From Anaerolineae bacterium (GTDB lineage Bacteria; Chloroflexota; Anaerolineae; Promineifilales; Promineifilaceae): 64,000 nt of DNA. Where the stretch lies: assembly GCA_046753445.1 (NCBI GenBank), contig JBHHTQ010000002.1:19555-83554 (forward strand), in the 5' to 3' direction. Below the pieces are notes generated by a model. The model was given only the letters and a program-made list of their open reading frames with translations. It ran no database searches and had not been told where the DNA came from. Positions 45,148 through 55,282 of the stretch are shown here, one piece after another (the first letter of the stretch is position 1; every line of letters begins with the position of its first letter). Position numbers and translations under genes: made by a program.

Positions 45148-46780
45148 TTGTACTGGTCAATTCCCGGTTGTTGATAAGATTGGCCCTAATCAAATCTAAT
45201 GCGGCCGAGTGATTGTCTGCATTGCGGATTAGTTCCACGTACATTTCCTCTGAGATAAACCCTCGCCTCATGGCGTCGGTAATAGCACTTCGTTCCGCTT
45301 TGAGCACATCAGCACGCGCCTGAATGTAAATTTCCTGTTCCAGTTCTGGATATTTCTGCAAATGCTCGCTTAGGGCGAGTTTGTAATGGTTTATTTCTTT
45401 GTCGTAGACCATGGCCATAGATTCCCATACATCGGGGAAGTAAAGCCCGTCTTTTTGCATGCGGCCCAATTCGTGGCGGCCTGCTTGTTTGGCATAGAGC
45501 AGCGCCTGCCGTCGCTGCTGTTCCTCACGCTGGGGGGGCTTGTCGGCCAGCTTCAGGCGGCGGATCAGCCGCTGTATGCTTGTGCCCTGGATGAGGAGAG
45601 TAAAGAGCACGACGCCGAAGGTCATCACGCGCAGTTCCTGGGCTACGGCCGTGCCCAAAACCTTCCCGGTCAGCGTTAGCGCCAGTGCCAGGCTGATCGC
45701 GCCGCGCAGACCGCCCCAATACATCACGTGCCGGTATGGGACAGGCACGCGGCGTCTGGCATCCAGGCGGCTGTGCAGGTAGTTCAACCCGTAAATGATC
45801 ACGGCCCGGCTCAACAAAATGGCCCCGATAGCTATGATGATAGCGCCAATGTTGGGTAGCAGCTGGGTCAGGTCAATTTCAAGACCGATGAGCAGGAAAA
45901 TCAGCGAGTTGACGGCAAAGGCTAGAAATTCCCAGAAATTTTCCAGAGTGATGCGCGTCGTGGGCGTTGTGCTCTGCAAACCAATGTTGCCCACCATGAG
46001 GCCGGCGGCTACGACTGCCAGGATGCCACTGAGATGAAACTCCTCCGCAATGACGAAAGAGCCAAAGGCGAGCACGACGGTGGTGGCTGTCTCGATGAGA
46101 TGGTCATCCAGATTTTGGAGGATGAGATACGACACCGCATAGCCCAGGGTGAGGCCCACCCCCAGGCCGCCCAACGCTACCCGCAGGAATTCGAGTACGG
46201 CATTGCTCAAGCTGGGAGCGACCGTGCCGCCCACCGTAGCGGCCGCGGCAATGGCCAGATTAAAGACGACGATAGACACCCCATCATTGACCAAACTCTC
46301 CCCTTCCACGAGCAGCGAAAGCCGCTGGCTGACACCCAGCGTGCGGAAGAAGGCGATGACCGCAATCGGATCCGTCGCTGAGATCAGCGCGCCGAAGGCG
46401 ATAGCGGCGACCAGGGGGATATTCAACACCATATGCACGATTCCGCCGACCATGAACGTGCCGATGAGCGTGCCAACGATGGCCAATAAAGTAACCGATC
46501 CCAAATCGTTGCGCAGTTTGTTCCACTTGATGTGGAGCGTGGCTTCAAATAGCAGCGGCGGTACCAGGATGCCCAGGATCAGGTCGCTGCTGACACTGAA
46601 CCGGAGAAAGTTAGGGAAGAACGACAACACCAGACCTACAACGACCAGGGCCACTGTATAGGGCAATCGAATGCGGCGGACGATGATGGCGACAATAGAG
46701 GCCACAAAGAGCAGGCTGACAAAACCCAATTCTTGTTGGATAAGGCTGCTTCCTTCAGTCGCTAGTTGCGTGATATTCAT
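45128..46780 (-). CDS. CPA1-type Na+/H+ antiporter (NhaP-like) with cytoplasmic C-terminal domain
   Basis: LFEATLHI, ATDPIAV and VEGESLVNDG motifs of the NhaP/NHE family. 550 aa. Confidence 0.9.
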   Translation of the reverse strand: MNITQLATEGSSLIQQELGFVSLLFVASIVAIIVRRIRLPYTVALVVVGLVLSFFPNFLRFSVSSDLILGILVPPLLFEATLHIKWNKLRNDLGSVTLLAIVGTLIGTFMVGGIVHMVLNIPLVAAIAFGALISATDPIAVIAFFRTLGVSQRLSLLVEGESLVNDGVSIVVFNLAIAAAATVGGTVAPSLSNAVLEFLRVALGGLGVGLTLGYAVSYLILQNLDDHLIETATTVVLAFGSFVIAEEFHLSGILAVVAAGLMVGNIGLQSTTPTTRITLENFWEFLAFAVNSLIFLLIGLEIDLTQLLPNIGAIIIAIGAILLSRAVIIYGLNYLHSRLDARRRVPVPYRHVMYWGGLRGAISLALALTLTGKVLGTAVAQELRVMTFGVVLFTLLIQGTSIQRLIRRLKLADKPPQREEQQRRQALLYAKQAGRHELGRMQKDGLYFPDVWESMAMVYDKEINHYKLALSEHLQKYPELEQEIYIQARADVLKAERSAITDAMRRGFISEEMYVELIRNADNHSAALDLIRANLINNRELTSTIGEESE

Positions 46781-46872
46781 AGGCGCCTCCGCCCAAACCA
46801 GAGATTAGGGTGGGCCAATCTCGGTTTCTTGGTCACCAGTCTCAAAATCAGGAATGAATGTCCAGGCGTTTC

Positions 46873-48195
46873 TTACGAGCTGCCAGGTAGATACGCGCTG
46901 AGGTCAACCGGACCGTACGCCCCTTTTTGGAACTTGTGTGTATCTTTACCCCAGGGAATGGTGCAGTCGAATCCCGCTTTGTCGCTGCGGCTCTTCTGAC
47001 CAGGAACGTGACTGCCGGAGGGATCCAGGGAACTGCCCGGCTGGTCTTCCGTCACGATCAGGTCACGGGCAGCCTGGAAGCGGGTGGCCATCGCCCATTC
47101 TACCTGGACCGGGTCATAGATGTTGATGTCGGTGTCTACCACCCACACATGTTTCAGTGACTTGTGTCCCTTGAACGCGGCCGCAACCGCCAGACGGCCG
47201 TCATCCGGCCCTTGCTTCTCAATCTGCACCACAGCATGAAGCCAGGAAGCGCCGCCTGGGGTGATGGCCACGCCGGTGCAGCGAGCTACCCGGTTCACCT
47301 CGGCGAAGATCGTCGGTTCCCTGGGCATCCCCATGAGCAGCTTATGTTCCAGGCCGCCCGGCAGCAGCGCATGGAAGATGGGATCGCGCCGGAGCGTGAT
47401 CACGTCAATCTCAATTACTGGCTGTTCCCGTACAATGTCCATCGTTTCCGTCAGGTCCATAAACGGGCCTTCGCTGGTGCGTCTCCGCGTGACGCGCCCT
47501 TCCAGCACGATTTCAGCGTCGGCCGGAACCTCCAGGTCACTGGTCAGGCATTTTACCAGCGGGGTGGGAGCCAGCGCGTGGGCGACCGACAACTCATCTA
47601 CTTCCGGCGGCGGCGACATAGATGCAGCCAGGTGTGTGGCCAGGGAAACGCCGATGCAAATCGCCACCGGCAGGTCTCCTTTTGTCTTTTTCAACGCCGT
47701 GTCTGTACCACGCCGTTCTACAATGCGCGCGGCAAAATGCTTCCCGTCCAGGCGCAGTAGACGATGGTAGCACATGTTACGGCCGAAGTCGGGGTCTTTG
47801 GTGATCACCACATTGCTGGCGATGTAGTGGCCAGCGTCTTGCGGCAGATGCAGCAAGATCGGCAGTTGGTGCAAATCGAAATCATGGAGCACCATTTCCT
47901 GGCAGGGAGCTTCCTCCACCATCGGCGGGAGCTGGGGGTTTGCTGCTGCCTCAGCCATACGGTGGACGAGTTGATTGACAGGAACGCCCAACTCCATGCT
48001 AAAATACTTTCTGTCTGAGCAAGGCCCGGCGCAAACGCGCCAACCAGGGTAATCAACGATATGATTAAACAAGACCGGCCGCCCGGCCAGAGCGTGTGCC
48101 ACATTTGCCAGCTCATAAGTCGTGCTGACCGGTCGTTCTATTGTTACCAAGTCGCCGCTGTCAGCGGCCAGTTGAATGAATCGGCGAAAACTCAT
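46873..48195 (-). CDS. UbiD family (prenyl-FMN-dependent) decarboxylase
   Basis: 441 aa from ATG 48195 (MSFRRFIQLAADSGDLVTIERPVS...). UbiD-like core throughout. The upstream 200 codons of the ORF-track ORF overlap the opposite-strand gene and are rejected. Confidence 0.87.
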   Translation of the reverse strand: MSFRRFIQLAADSGDLVTIERPVSTTYELANVAHALAGRPVLFNHIVDYPGWRVCAGPCSDRKYFSMELGVPVNQLVHRMAEAAANPQLPPMVEEAPCQEMVLHDFDLHQLPILLHLPQDAGHYIASNVVITKDPDFGRNMCYHRLLRLDGKHFAARIVERRGTDTALKKTKGDLPVAICIGVSLATHLAASMSPPPEVDELSVAHALAPTPLVKCLTSDLEVPADAEIVLEGRVTRRRTSEGPFMDLTETMDIVREQPVIEIDVITLRRDPIFHALLPGGLEHKLLMGMPREPTIFAEVNRVARCTGVAITPGGASWLHAVVQIEKQGPDDGRLAVAAAFKGHKSLKHVWVVDTDINIYDPVQVEWAMATRFQAARDLIVTEDQPGSSLDPSGSHVPGQKSRSDKAGFDCTIPWGKDTHKFQKGAYGPVDLSAYLPGSS

Positions 48196-48328
48196 TTTCT
48201 TGAATGCCTCAACTCGTGCGTTTAGGTAATGTGCACAATGCCTATTGCGCGCATATACACGCTGCATGAACGGTATTTTACCCTGATTTGATGAGAAGAG
48301 GTCTTCACAGTTTATTTGGAGGGTATGG

Positions 48329-49978
48329 ATGAAGCGCCTGAACACGGCCGGATTGGCCATTGGCTTACTCATTGTGACATCGCTGGCCTGTAATGCCTTT
48401 GCCGGCGCCGTGGAACCGGCGTTGACGCTGCCGCCTCCACCCACGTTGGAATCGCCGGCGACGGCAGCCCCGGGAACAGGCGGAGCGGCGGCGACAGCGA
48501 CGCTGGAAACGGAAGGCACGAGTGAGGTAACTCCCGATGCCTCCGCCGAGGCGTTGATTACCGTGTTGGTAGACCTGAATGTGCGCGGCGGGCCAGGCGT
48601 GCAGTATGATCGCGTCAGTTTCCTGCTGAAGGGGGAGCAGGCGCGCATCATCGGGCATGATCCTGCGACCGGGTGGTGGAAGATCGAGTGCCCGCCGCGA
48701 GCGGCCGTGACGGAATGCTGGGTGTCTGGCGGGGCGAAATATTCGGCCGCAGAAAATGCTGACGGTGTGCCGGTTGTGGCCGTGCCGCCGACCCCCACGC
48801 CGGTTCCGCCTACGCCTGAACCGGATACCGGCTTACTGGCCTATGCGGATGCGGCTGGCGTTTGGCTGGCCAGGCTCGATATGAGCCAGAATCCGCCTAC
48901 GGCCGGAGAGCCTGCCAAACTGGCGGATGCGGCCGGCGTCGGAGCAGTCTTGATCTCGCCGGATGGAGGCCAGGTCGCTTATCTCGCGGAGAGCGGGGAT
49001 GTCAATGCGCTGTACCTTGTCGGCGTTGATGGCGGCGATGCCCGGAAGCTGGTTGAGGCGTCTGATTTGCCGGTCGCGGCCGAAGGTGACACCAGTACGC
49101 TGGCGGCCGCTATTCACGATGTGCAATGGTTGGCGGACGGCCGTACGCTGGCCTTTAACACGGATGTGGTCAACCTGGTTGGTCCCGGCACAGGCCCGCA
49201 AGAGGATTTATGGCTGGTGACGGCCGATGGCGCTCTGACCGAGCAGTTCCCAGCTGGTACGGGCGGCGGTACCTTCGCCATCTCCCCCCAGAACCGCGTC
49301 ATCCTGGGTCAGAGTGAGTTTGTCATTCGTGTCAATCTGGATGGCAGCGAACGGGAAACGGTCATTCCGTTTGATTTCGTCAACACAGCAAGTGAGTATG
49401 CCTTCGTGCCGCAGGCACAATGGACGGCTGACGGCAGTGCCGCCTATGTGGCCATTCCCAGCGCCGACCCGTTCAGCCCGGATGCTTCGGCCGCTTTATG
49501 GCGCATTCCCGCTGCCGGCCCGGCCGAGTCTTTGGAAAGCCTGCCCGGCGGTTTCTTGTTCGACCCGGTTCTGTGGTCGCCTGACGGCTCCGCTTTGACA
49601 TACATTTTTCATGAGATGGATGTATCGAACCCGCCCCCGGTGTTGATGATCGCGGACGGCGCCGGCCATGATCCGGGGCCGTATGTGACGATCCCTCAAC
49701 TGGCGCTGTTTGGCTGGAGCCAGAACAACCTCAATTTTCTCTTCGCCGGTGACGGCTATTACGGGGTGGGTCAGGCTGGCGCACTTCCAACTGAAACCCT
49801 TTTGCCTGCCGGCCAGATCGCGGCCGCGGGCCGTTGGTTGACAGAGACATCCTTTGTTGTCGCTGCTGGTTCCGGGAACGCTTGGACTTTATCTGGCGGC
49901 AACCTCTCTGGAGCAACGGCCGTGCTGGTTGAAATCAATGGCGTCACCAACCCGCCGTTTGATGTCTGGGCCCCCTAG
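48329..49978 (+). CDS. lipoprotein with SH3b-like domain and TolB/PD40-like beta-propeller
   Basis: Lipobox VTSLAC. SH3b-like VRGGPGVQYDRVSFLLKGEQARIIGHDPATGWWKI. Repeated SPDG/WSPDGS propeller signatures. Confidence 0.75.
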   Translation: MKRLNTAGLAIGLLIVTSLACNAFAGAVEPALTLPPPPTLESPATAAPGTGGAAATATLETEGTSEVTPDASAEALITVLVDLNVRGGPGVQYDRVSFLLKGEQARIIGHDPATGWWKIECPPRAAVTECWVSGGAKYSAAENADGVPVVAVPPTPTPVPPTPEPDTGLLAYADAAGVWLARLDMSQNPPTAGEPAKLADAAGVGAVLISPDGGQVAYLAESGDVNALYLVGVDGGDARKLVEASDLPVAAEGDTSTLAAAIHDVQWLADGRTLAFNTDVVNLVGPGTGPQEDLWLVTADGALTEQFPAGTGGGTFAISPQNRVILGQSEFVIRVNLDGSERETVIPFDFVNTASEYAFVPQAQWTADGSAAYVAIPSADPFSPDASAALWRIPAAGPAESLESLPGGFLFDPVLWSPDGSALTYIFHEMDVSNPPPVLMIADGAGHDPGPYVTIPQLALFGWSQNNLNFLFAGDGYYGVGQAGALPTETLLPAGQIAAAGRWLTETSFVVAAGSGNAWTLSGGNLSGATAVLVEINGVTNPPFDVWAP

Positions 49979-50617
49979 CCATCGTTGGCGAAAATGCCCA
50001 GCGTGGTCAAATCTGGTACTATTTACGCATACACTTTTATGCGCGGCTTGACTACTATGAGGGTTAGGCGACCGGCTAATCATCCTGTCAGTAGTGTCTT
50101 TGGATGGTGGTTCCTGGTTCGTCGAAGATTTCATTGCTGCCACAAACCGGTGTTGCCAGGCAATACTCATCGAACCCTGTTAGCCAGTTCTATCATAGAA
50201 AAGGCGAGGCCGGCCATTCAAACAAGGCGGCTGCGCCAGAAGACTCATCACGTGGAAAGCTTAGGGACTTGACGGCCTTTTGGGTGTTTCCTGCCTGCTG
50301 TCAAGGCCTAAGCCTGTATTTGTTTTTGGCGTTTTAGGGTCTTACAACATTCTGGTGAGAGTAAAGCATCGTACTGTAATCGGGAGAAAAGTTCCTTCCT
50401 TGTTCCTGATATTTCTGCTGATGAGGAAGTTTTCCCCACGTATTTTGGCAGCGCATGTATTTTAGCTTGGAATCCGTATCGAGTTTGCCAGATTGCCAAT
50501 ACCGCACATTTCGGCAGCCCGTTACTTTCAACAACTGGCTGCGACTAACAAATCGACGCCCAAGATTGGCAACGTCAATGAATCCCGCCCATACACAAAG
50601 CGAGCCGGTTCCAGTGG

Positions 50618-53290
50618 ATGGTGGTCAAAATGTTTGAACGTGGTGAGAAAAAACGGAAGTTGTTAGCATCCCCTGATAGGCCACGGCGCGGCCAGGGGCT
50701 GGTTGAGTTTGCCCTGATTTTGCCGATTCTGCTGTTGGTCGTTTGGGGGTTGTTTGAGTTCGCGCGAATTTTTCAGGGGTACCTCACTGTCCAGCAGGCG
50801 GCTAGAGAGGGCGCCCGCTATGCTGTGACCGGCCAATACATCCTCATTAACGACGATGACGGCATTCCGGGTAATTTTAGCCCGGGAGAGGTATGGGCCA
50901 GCCGGGCGCAATCCATTATTTCCACGACGCATAATGCTGGACTGGGACTGGTAAAGAGGAGACTGCCGGGTGATATGGATACACCCGCGCAGGAGTGGAC
51001 TCCCGGTCAGGACACACCGTTTTATTATGATGTGGTCTTAGACCCCCCCGATGGGGGTGATCCCTATGGCATTAGCGACAGGGACACGATTACTGTTACC
51101 GTCCATTACAATGTGCCCTTATTAACGCCGTTAATCCGGGATATTGTGGGAGGGGTTGTGCATGTCACAGGCCAAACGGTGATGCAGAACGAGGCCTTTG
51201 ATCCCACACCGGGAGCGCGACTTTATACCCCCATCCCGCTGGAATCCCCGACGCCTTCTCCCACGGGGCAAACACCAACCCCTACCCCCACAGCCGGTGC
51301 GGGTGGTGGGCCGACCTTGACGCCGACGCCAACAACTGTCATCACACAGACGGCAACCCCGACCATTACCAGCACTGCCACGGCCGTGCCGCCGAGCGCA
51401 ACACCTACGATCACCCCAACGGCGACCAATACACCGGCGCCGACCATTAATGTGCAGTTGAATGAGCCGTTAAACGAGGGAGATACGATTGTGACCGGGA
51501 CCGGGGAACCGGGAGAAACTGTGACTCTCAGGGATTTCAGCCAGCCTGGTTCGCCTGTGATCGGCACAGGGGTTATTCAAGCAGACGGTACCTTTTCTAT
51601 TTCTGTACCTGCGTTGATTGGTGGGCACATCATTGTGGCTTCGGCTGCTACTTCCACTGATTTTGCCATTGTGGTCGGTACAGCAACACCCACTCCTACA
51701 CCTACGCTGCCCCCTTCAATGACGTGCTTCACCTCATCCCACAACGAAAGCAATATCCCGGGAAGCAGCAGCATCGGTACATTCACACTTACCAACTTTG
51801 CCGGCATTGACGACGGAGATGAGCTTGAGGTCATTGTGAATGATGGTGGGCATATCTGGGAATACCGGATCAAGTTCAAGGGCAATCCGGCCATCATTAA
51901 AGAGATCCGCATCAAGTATGACGCCAATAAAGTATACGAGAACAAAAACCTGTCGCTGCCGTTGAGCACGACGGTGGATTTGTTGAACATTAACGCGGTA
52001 ACCGGCGACACCAGCAATTACGATTATGACAGCACTGCGTTTGTTAATATTTCAAGCAGCAACACAATGTCAGTCAATTTCAAAAAAGACAATGGTGCGC
52101 CCGGGTCCGCCTGCCTGACGATTGAAGAAGGAACGGCATCGCCCCCTGTGGGAGCGCAATGCTTTACCTCCACCTATGTCACGCAAAATATGCCCAGCAG
52201 CAACGGCATCCAGACCTTCACCGTGAGTGATCTTTCGGGCATTGATGACGGCGACGAGCTGAAAGCGACGGTAACAGATGCCTCCCATGTGTGGGAGTAC
52301 CGGCTCAAGTTCAAAGGGAATCCGGTTGTTATTGAGGAGATTCGCATTAAGTATGATGGGAATAAGGTTTATGAGAATAAGAACCTGTCCCTGTCTCTGA
52401 CCACGCTTGTAGATTTGCTCAGTATAAACGCAGTTACGGGGGATACGACCAACTACGATTACGATAGCTTCCCCACAGTCAATATCGGCGGCAGCAACAA
52501 TGTGATTATCTCGTTTACGAAGGACAATGGAGCGACGGCCGGCGCTTGTGTAACCATCGAGGGGACAACCCCGACGCCGACCCCGTCTCCTACGCCGGCG
52601 CTGCCCGATTTGGTTGTGGCCGGTATGAGCATTGCCCCGGTCGCCACGGTAGATGCCGGCCAGCCCATCACAGTGGAAGTTGTGGTGGAGAATCAGGGCC
52701 TGGGTGATTTGCTCAGCATCTCCTGGCTCCATTTCTACATGGACCCGTCTCCGGCTCCTCCGACTGTGAACCAGGATGGCTATGCCTGGGCGGCCATTGA
52801 TTCGTTAGCGGCCGGCACGCAAATCACCGTGACTTTCAGCCATCCCGGCTTTGTGTCTGAAGGCACGCATCAACTTTATGCCCAGATTGATGTACGCAAT
52901 CAAATAGTGGAAGAAAGTGAGGTCAATAACCTGTATGGACCGATCACTTTGACTGTGAGCATCCCGGCCACCCCTGTTCCCACACCTACGCTTACGCCGA
53001 CGCCGGCGCCAAATAACGGTAGTATTAGCGGGTCAACCTGGTTGCTGCTTAATGGCGACCTGGTACCCATGGGCTTTGTGACGGTTGAGGCCAGATCGGG
53101 CGGGAGCGTGGTCGCTACAACTGTGTCAGATGCGTCTGGTAACTACAACTTTGGGATGGTGCTGCCGCCGGGTACTTATGATGTCTATGGACAGACAGTG
53201 CTGAATAATGTGGTGTATAGTGACCTGATCACCGGCGTGACTGTCACTTCTAATAATACGACTCAATTCGTAACATTGATCCTGCACTAG
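50618..53290 (+). CDS. giant TadE-like pseudopilin fusion (TadE N-domain, Ig-like, two novel repeats, CARDB, CarboxypepD_reg-like)
   Basis: N-terminal G/QGLVEFALILPILLLVVWGLFEFARIF...AAREGARYA (TadE). PT linkers. CARDB-like DLVVAGMSIAPVATVDAGQPITVEVVVENQG. C-terminal GSISGST...DASGNYNFG...PGTYDVY. Confidence 0.8.
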   Translation: MVVKMFERGEKKRKLLASPDRPRRGQGLVEFALILPILLLVVWGLFEFARIFQGYLTVQQAAREGARYAVTGQYILINDDDGIPGNFSPGEVWASRAQSIISTTHNAGLGLVKRRLPGDMDTPAQEWTPGQDTPFYYDVVLDPPDGGDPYGISDRDTITVTVHYNVPLLTPLIRDIVGGVVHVTGQTVMQNEAFDPTPGARLYTPIPLESPTPSPTGQTPTPTPTAGAGGGPTLTPTPTTVITQTATPTITSTATAVPPSATPTITPTATNTPAPTINVQLNEPLNEGDTIVTGTGEPGETVTLRDFSQPGSPVIGTGVIQADGTFSISVPALIGGHIIVASAATSTDFAIVVGTATPTPTPTLPPSMTCFTSSHNESNIPGSSSIGTFTLTNFAGIDDGDELEVIVNDGGHIWEYRIKFKGNPAIIKEIRIKYDANKVYENKNLSLPLSTTVDLLNINAVTGDTSNYDYDSTAFVNISSSNTMSVNFKKDNGAPGSACLTIEEGTASPPVGAQCFTSTYVTQNMPSSNGIQTFTVSDLSGIDDGDELKATVTDASHVWEYRLKFKGNPVVIEEIRIKYDGNKVYENKNLSLSLTTLVDLLSINAVTGDTTNYDYDSFPTVNIGGSNNVIISFTKDNGATAGACVTIEGTTPTPTPSPTPALPDLVVAGMSIAPVATVDAGQPITVEVVVENQGLGDLLSISWLHFYMDPSPAPPTVNQDGYAWAAIDSLAAGTQITVTFSHPGFVSEGTHQLYAQIDVRNQIVEESEVNNLYGPITLTVSIPATPVPTPTLTPTPAPNNGSISGSTWLLLNGDLVPMGFVTVEARSGGSVVATTVSDASGNYNFGMVLPPGTYDVYGQTVLNNVVYSDLITGVTVTSNNTTQFVTLILH

Positions 53291-53310
53291 CGGGACGGGT
53301 GGCTGATCAG

Positions 53311-54597
53311 ATGAACAGAAAGATACTCGTTGTTGTCGGATTGAGTGCTAACCTGTTGTTTTTGCTGGTGTGGGTTGTGGGAGGTGGCCGGGCGTTGTCC
53401 TCGCAGACGGCCATCTTGCCGACCACGGTCACGTCTCCGGTGACTATTTCTAACAGCGCAAGCGATGCCACCCGGCCGACCATTGCGCTTGGGGGAGACG
53501 GCACACTCTATGTAGCCTGGGAGCAAGTTGAGGCTGGGGGGCAGACCAATCCTTATTACAGCACATCGGCTAATGGGGGGAATAACTGGGCGGCCCCGAC
53601 AGCGATTTATAACTCTGGCGTAGACTCGTTGCGGCCGATCATGGCTACGAATACCACGTTTGGCGTCCAGGTTGTGTGGGATGAAGGGGGGGTGTTTTCC
53701 CATCTTGCTTACCAGAAAATGTTGACCGCCACAGCGGTGATCACCGCACCTCCCACAATTATCCTGGCACCTTCGGCACATGACATTGCTGTTGATAACA
53801 ACAGCAATTTGCATCTGGTGGTACAGGGAAATACTAGTCCGAGTCAGTCAACCCCCTACCATGTGCTGTATAGTTGGAAACCCTCAAGTGCATCGGTGTG
53901 GCCTCAGGCTATGCGAGTTTACACCAACACCAGCAGCGGAACCGGCTCCCAGTATCCGGCGATAGCCATAGGTAGCCAGGGGGCCAAGCATGTGGTTTGG
54001 CAGCAGAATAAGTCCACAACGGACGGTGTAATTTACTACAGCAAAGGTACCGGCGGCGGAGCAATCTCATGGACAGCACCTGTTACTGTATCAGTGGGGG
54101 TTGGCACGACCAACGCTGTCCGGCCGGCTATTGCGGTGGATGATAATGATGCGATCCATGTGACGTGGGTTGATCATGTTACCAGTGACGAGCAGTACGT
54201 CTATTATGCCCATTCCGTGAATGGTGGCACGACGTGGAGTACTCCTGTACGCGTCGCGAGCCAGGCAGTTGGAGCCAATGTTTCTCCCCTCTACGTGTCG
54301 CCTGTCATCGCTGTTGCGAACGGCAATCTCTATATAGCCTGGCATGACAATTTGAATGATCCGACCAATGCGGAAGATGTTTATCTCACTTTCTCCGAGG
54401 ATCAGGGGAATACCTGGGCGACGCCCATCAATATTTCCCGATCCGGCGGCGCACAATCCTTATACCCAAGAATTGTTCCGGAGGCGGGCGGGATTGTGCA
54501 TGTCGTGTGGCAAGAGCAAGTGAGCGGCGTTTTTGAAATACAGTATGCGCATACGGTGTGGCTTGTTTATTTGCCGGTGATTAGCAAAAGTCCTTAG
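53311..54597 (+). CDS. membrane-anchored BNR/Asp-box repeat (sialidase-like beta-propeller) protein
   Basis: N-terminal TM. Asp-box-like YSTSANGGNNWA, HSVNGGTTWS and FSEDQGNTWA. Confidence 0.78.
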   Translation: MNRKILVVVGLSANLLFLLVWVVGGGRALSSQTAILPTTVTSPVTISNSASDATRPTIALGGDGTLYVAWEQVEAGGQTNPYYSTSANGGNNWAAPTAIYNSGVDSLRPIMATNTTFGVQVVWDEGGVFSHLAYQKMLTATAVITAPPTIILAPSAHDIAVDNNSNLHLVVQGNTSPSQSTPYHVLYSWKPSSASVWPQAMRVYTNTSSGTGSQYPAIAIGSQGAKHVVWQQNKSTTDGVIYYSKGTGGGAISWTAPVTVSVGVGTTNAVRPAIAVDDNDAIHVTWVDHVTSDEQYVYYAHSVNGGTTWSTPVRVASQAVGANVSPLYVSPVIAVANGNLYIAWHDNLNDPTNAEDVYLTFSEDQGNTWATPINISRSGGAQSLYPRIVPEAGGIVHVVWQEQVSGVFEIQYAHTVWLVYLPVISKSP

Positions 54598-54615
54598 GGG
54601 AGGTTGTGCCAGCGC

Positions 54616-55218
54616 ATGAGGTTCAGCAGGAAGGAAAAGCTGTTGCTTGGAGTAATGTTCCTGGCCTTGGTGGTAACAGCCGCGATCCTGGTTCGTTTTG
54701 TTTATCAGGAAGTGGTGCCGCGGGCAGATGGACCGCGTAATTTGAGTGAGTATGCCACTGCGGCCGAAGCATATCCCCAGGCAGAAACGTTGGCGCGCCA
54801 ATGGCGCATCGACGCTCAATTAAGCCGGGTCACGGCCGCCTGGCGCAGTCCGACCGAGGAAGAATTGTTGAGCGGCAAGACGAGCTGGGCCTTCTACTTT
54901 TACTCCCCTTCAGCCGGACAAACGTATATCGTATCGGCCGCGGGCGCGGAGGTTCATGAAAGCAGAATCAATGATGAGCCGCAAGCTCCTCCGCTCATTC
55001 CGCTGGCCCAGTGGGTGGTTGACAGCCCGCAAGCCATTCGCGATTTCCTCGACCATGGCGGCCGTCAGTTTTTGCAGGTCAATGCGCATTCCAACGTCCA
55101 CTTGCAACTGCTGGCCTCCGAAGATCAACGTGTGGAGTGGAATATCACAGCATTGTCTGCCCCCGGCCAGCCGACGGTGCTTTTCTTCCTGAATGCGACT
55201 ACCGGCATGGTTCAATGA
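54616..55218 (+). CDS. hypothetical membrane-anchored protein
   Basis: N-terminal signal anchor (LLLGVMFLALVVTAAILV). No recognisable domain. Embedded in the Tad-like cluster. Confidence 0.55.
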   Translation: MRFSRKEKLLLGVMFLALVVTAAILVRFVYQEVVPRADGPRNLSEYATAAEAYPQAETLARQWRIDAQLSRVTAAWRSPTEEELLSGKTSWAFYFYSPSAGQTYIVSAAGAEVHESRINDEPQAPPLIPLAQWVVDSPQAIRDFLDHGGRQFLQVNAHSNVHLQLLASEDQRVEWNITALSAPGQPTVLFFLNATTGMVQ

Positions 55219-55282
55219 GCAGGCTGTGTCTGGGTAGGTTACGTCTAATGCAGCACAGATGGATTGCTGCGAGGGTGTAAAT

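Noticed and set aside
48196-48798. A 200-codon N-terminal extension of the UbiD ORF (ORF track 46873-48798).
   Set aside because: The extension overlaps the well-supported opposite-strand lipoprotein gene and has no UbiD similarity. ATG 48195 (MSFRRFIQL...) gives a normal 441-aa UbiD.
49979-50617. A Flp/Fap-type pilin gene upstream of the TadE-like gene.
   Set aside because: No small ORF with a G/xxxxE(Y/F) processing motif followed by a hydrophobic helix exists on either strand.
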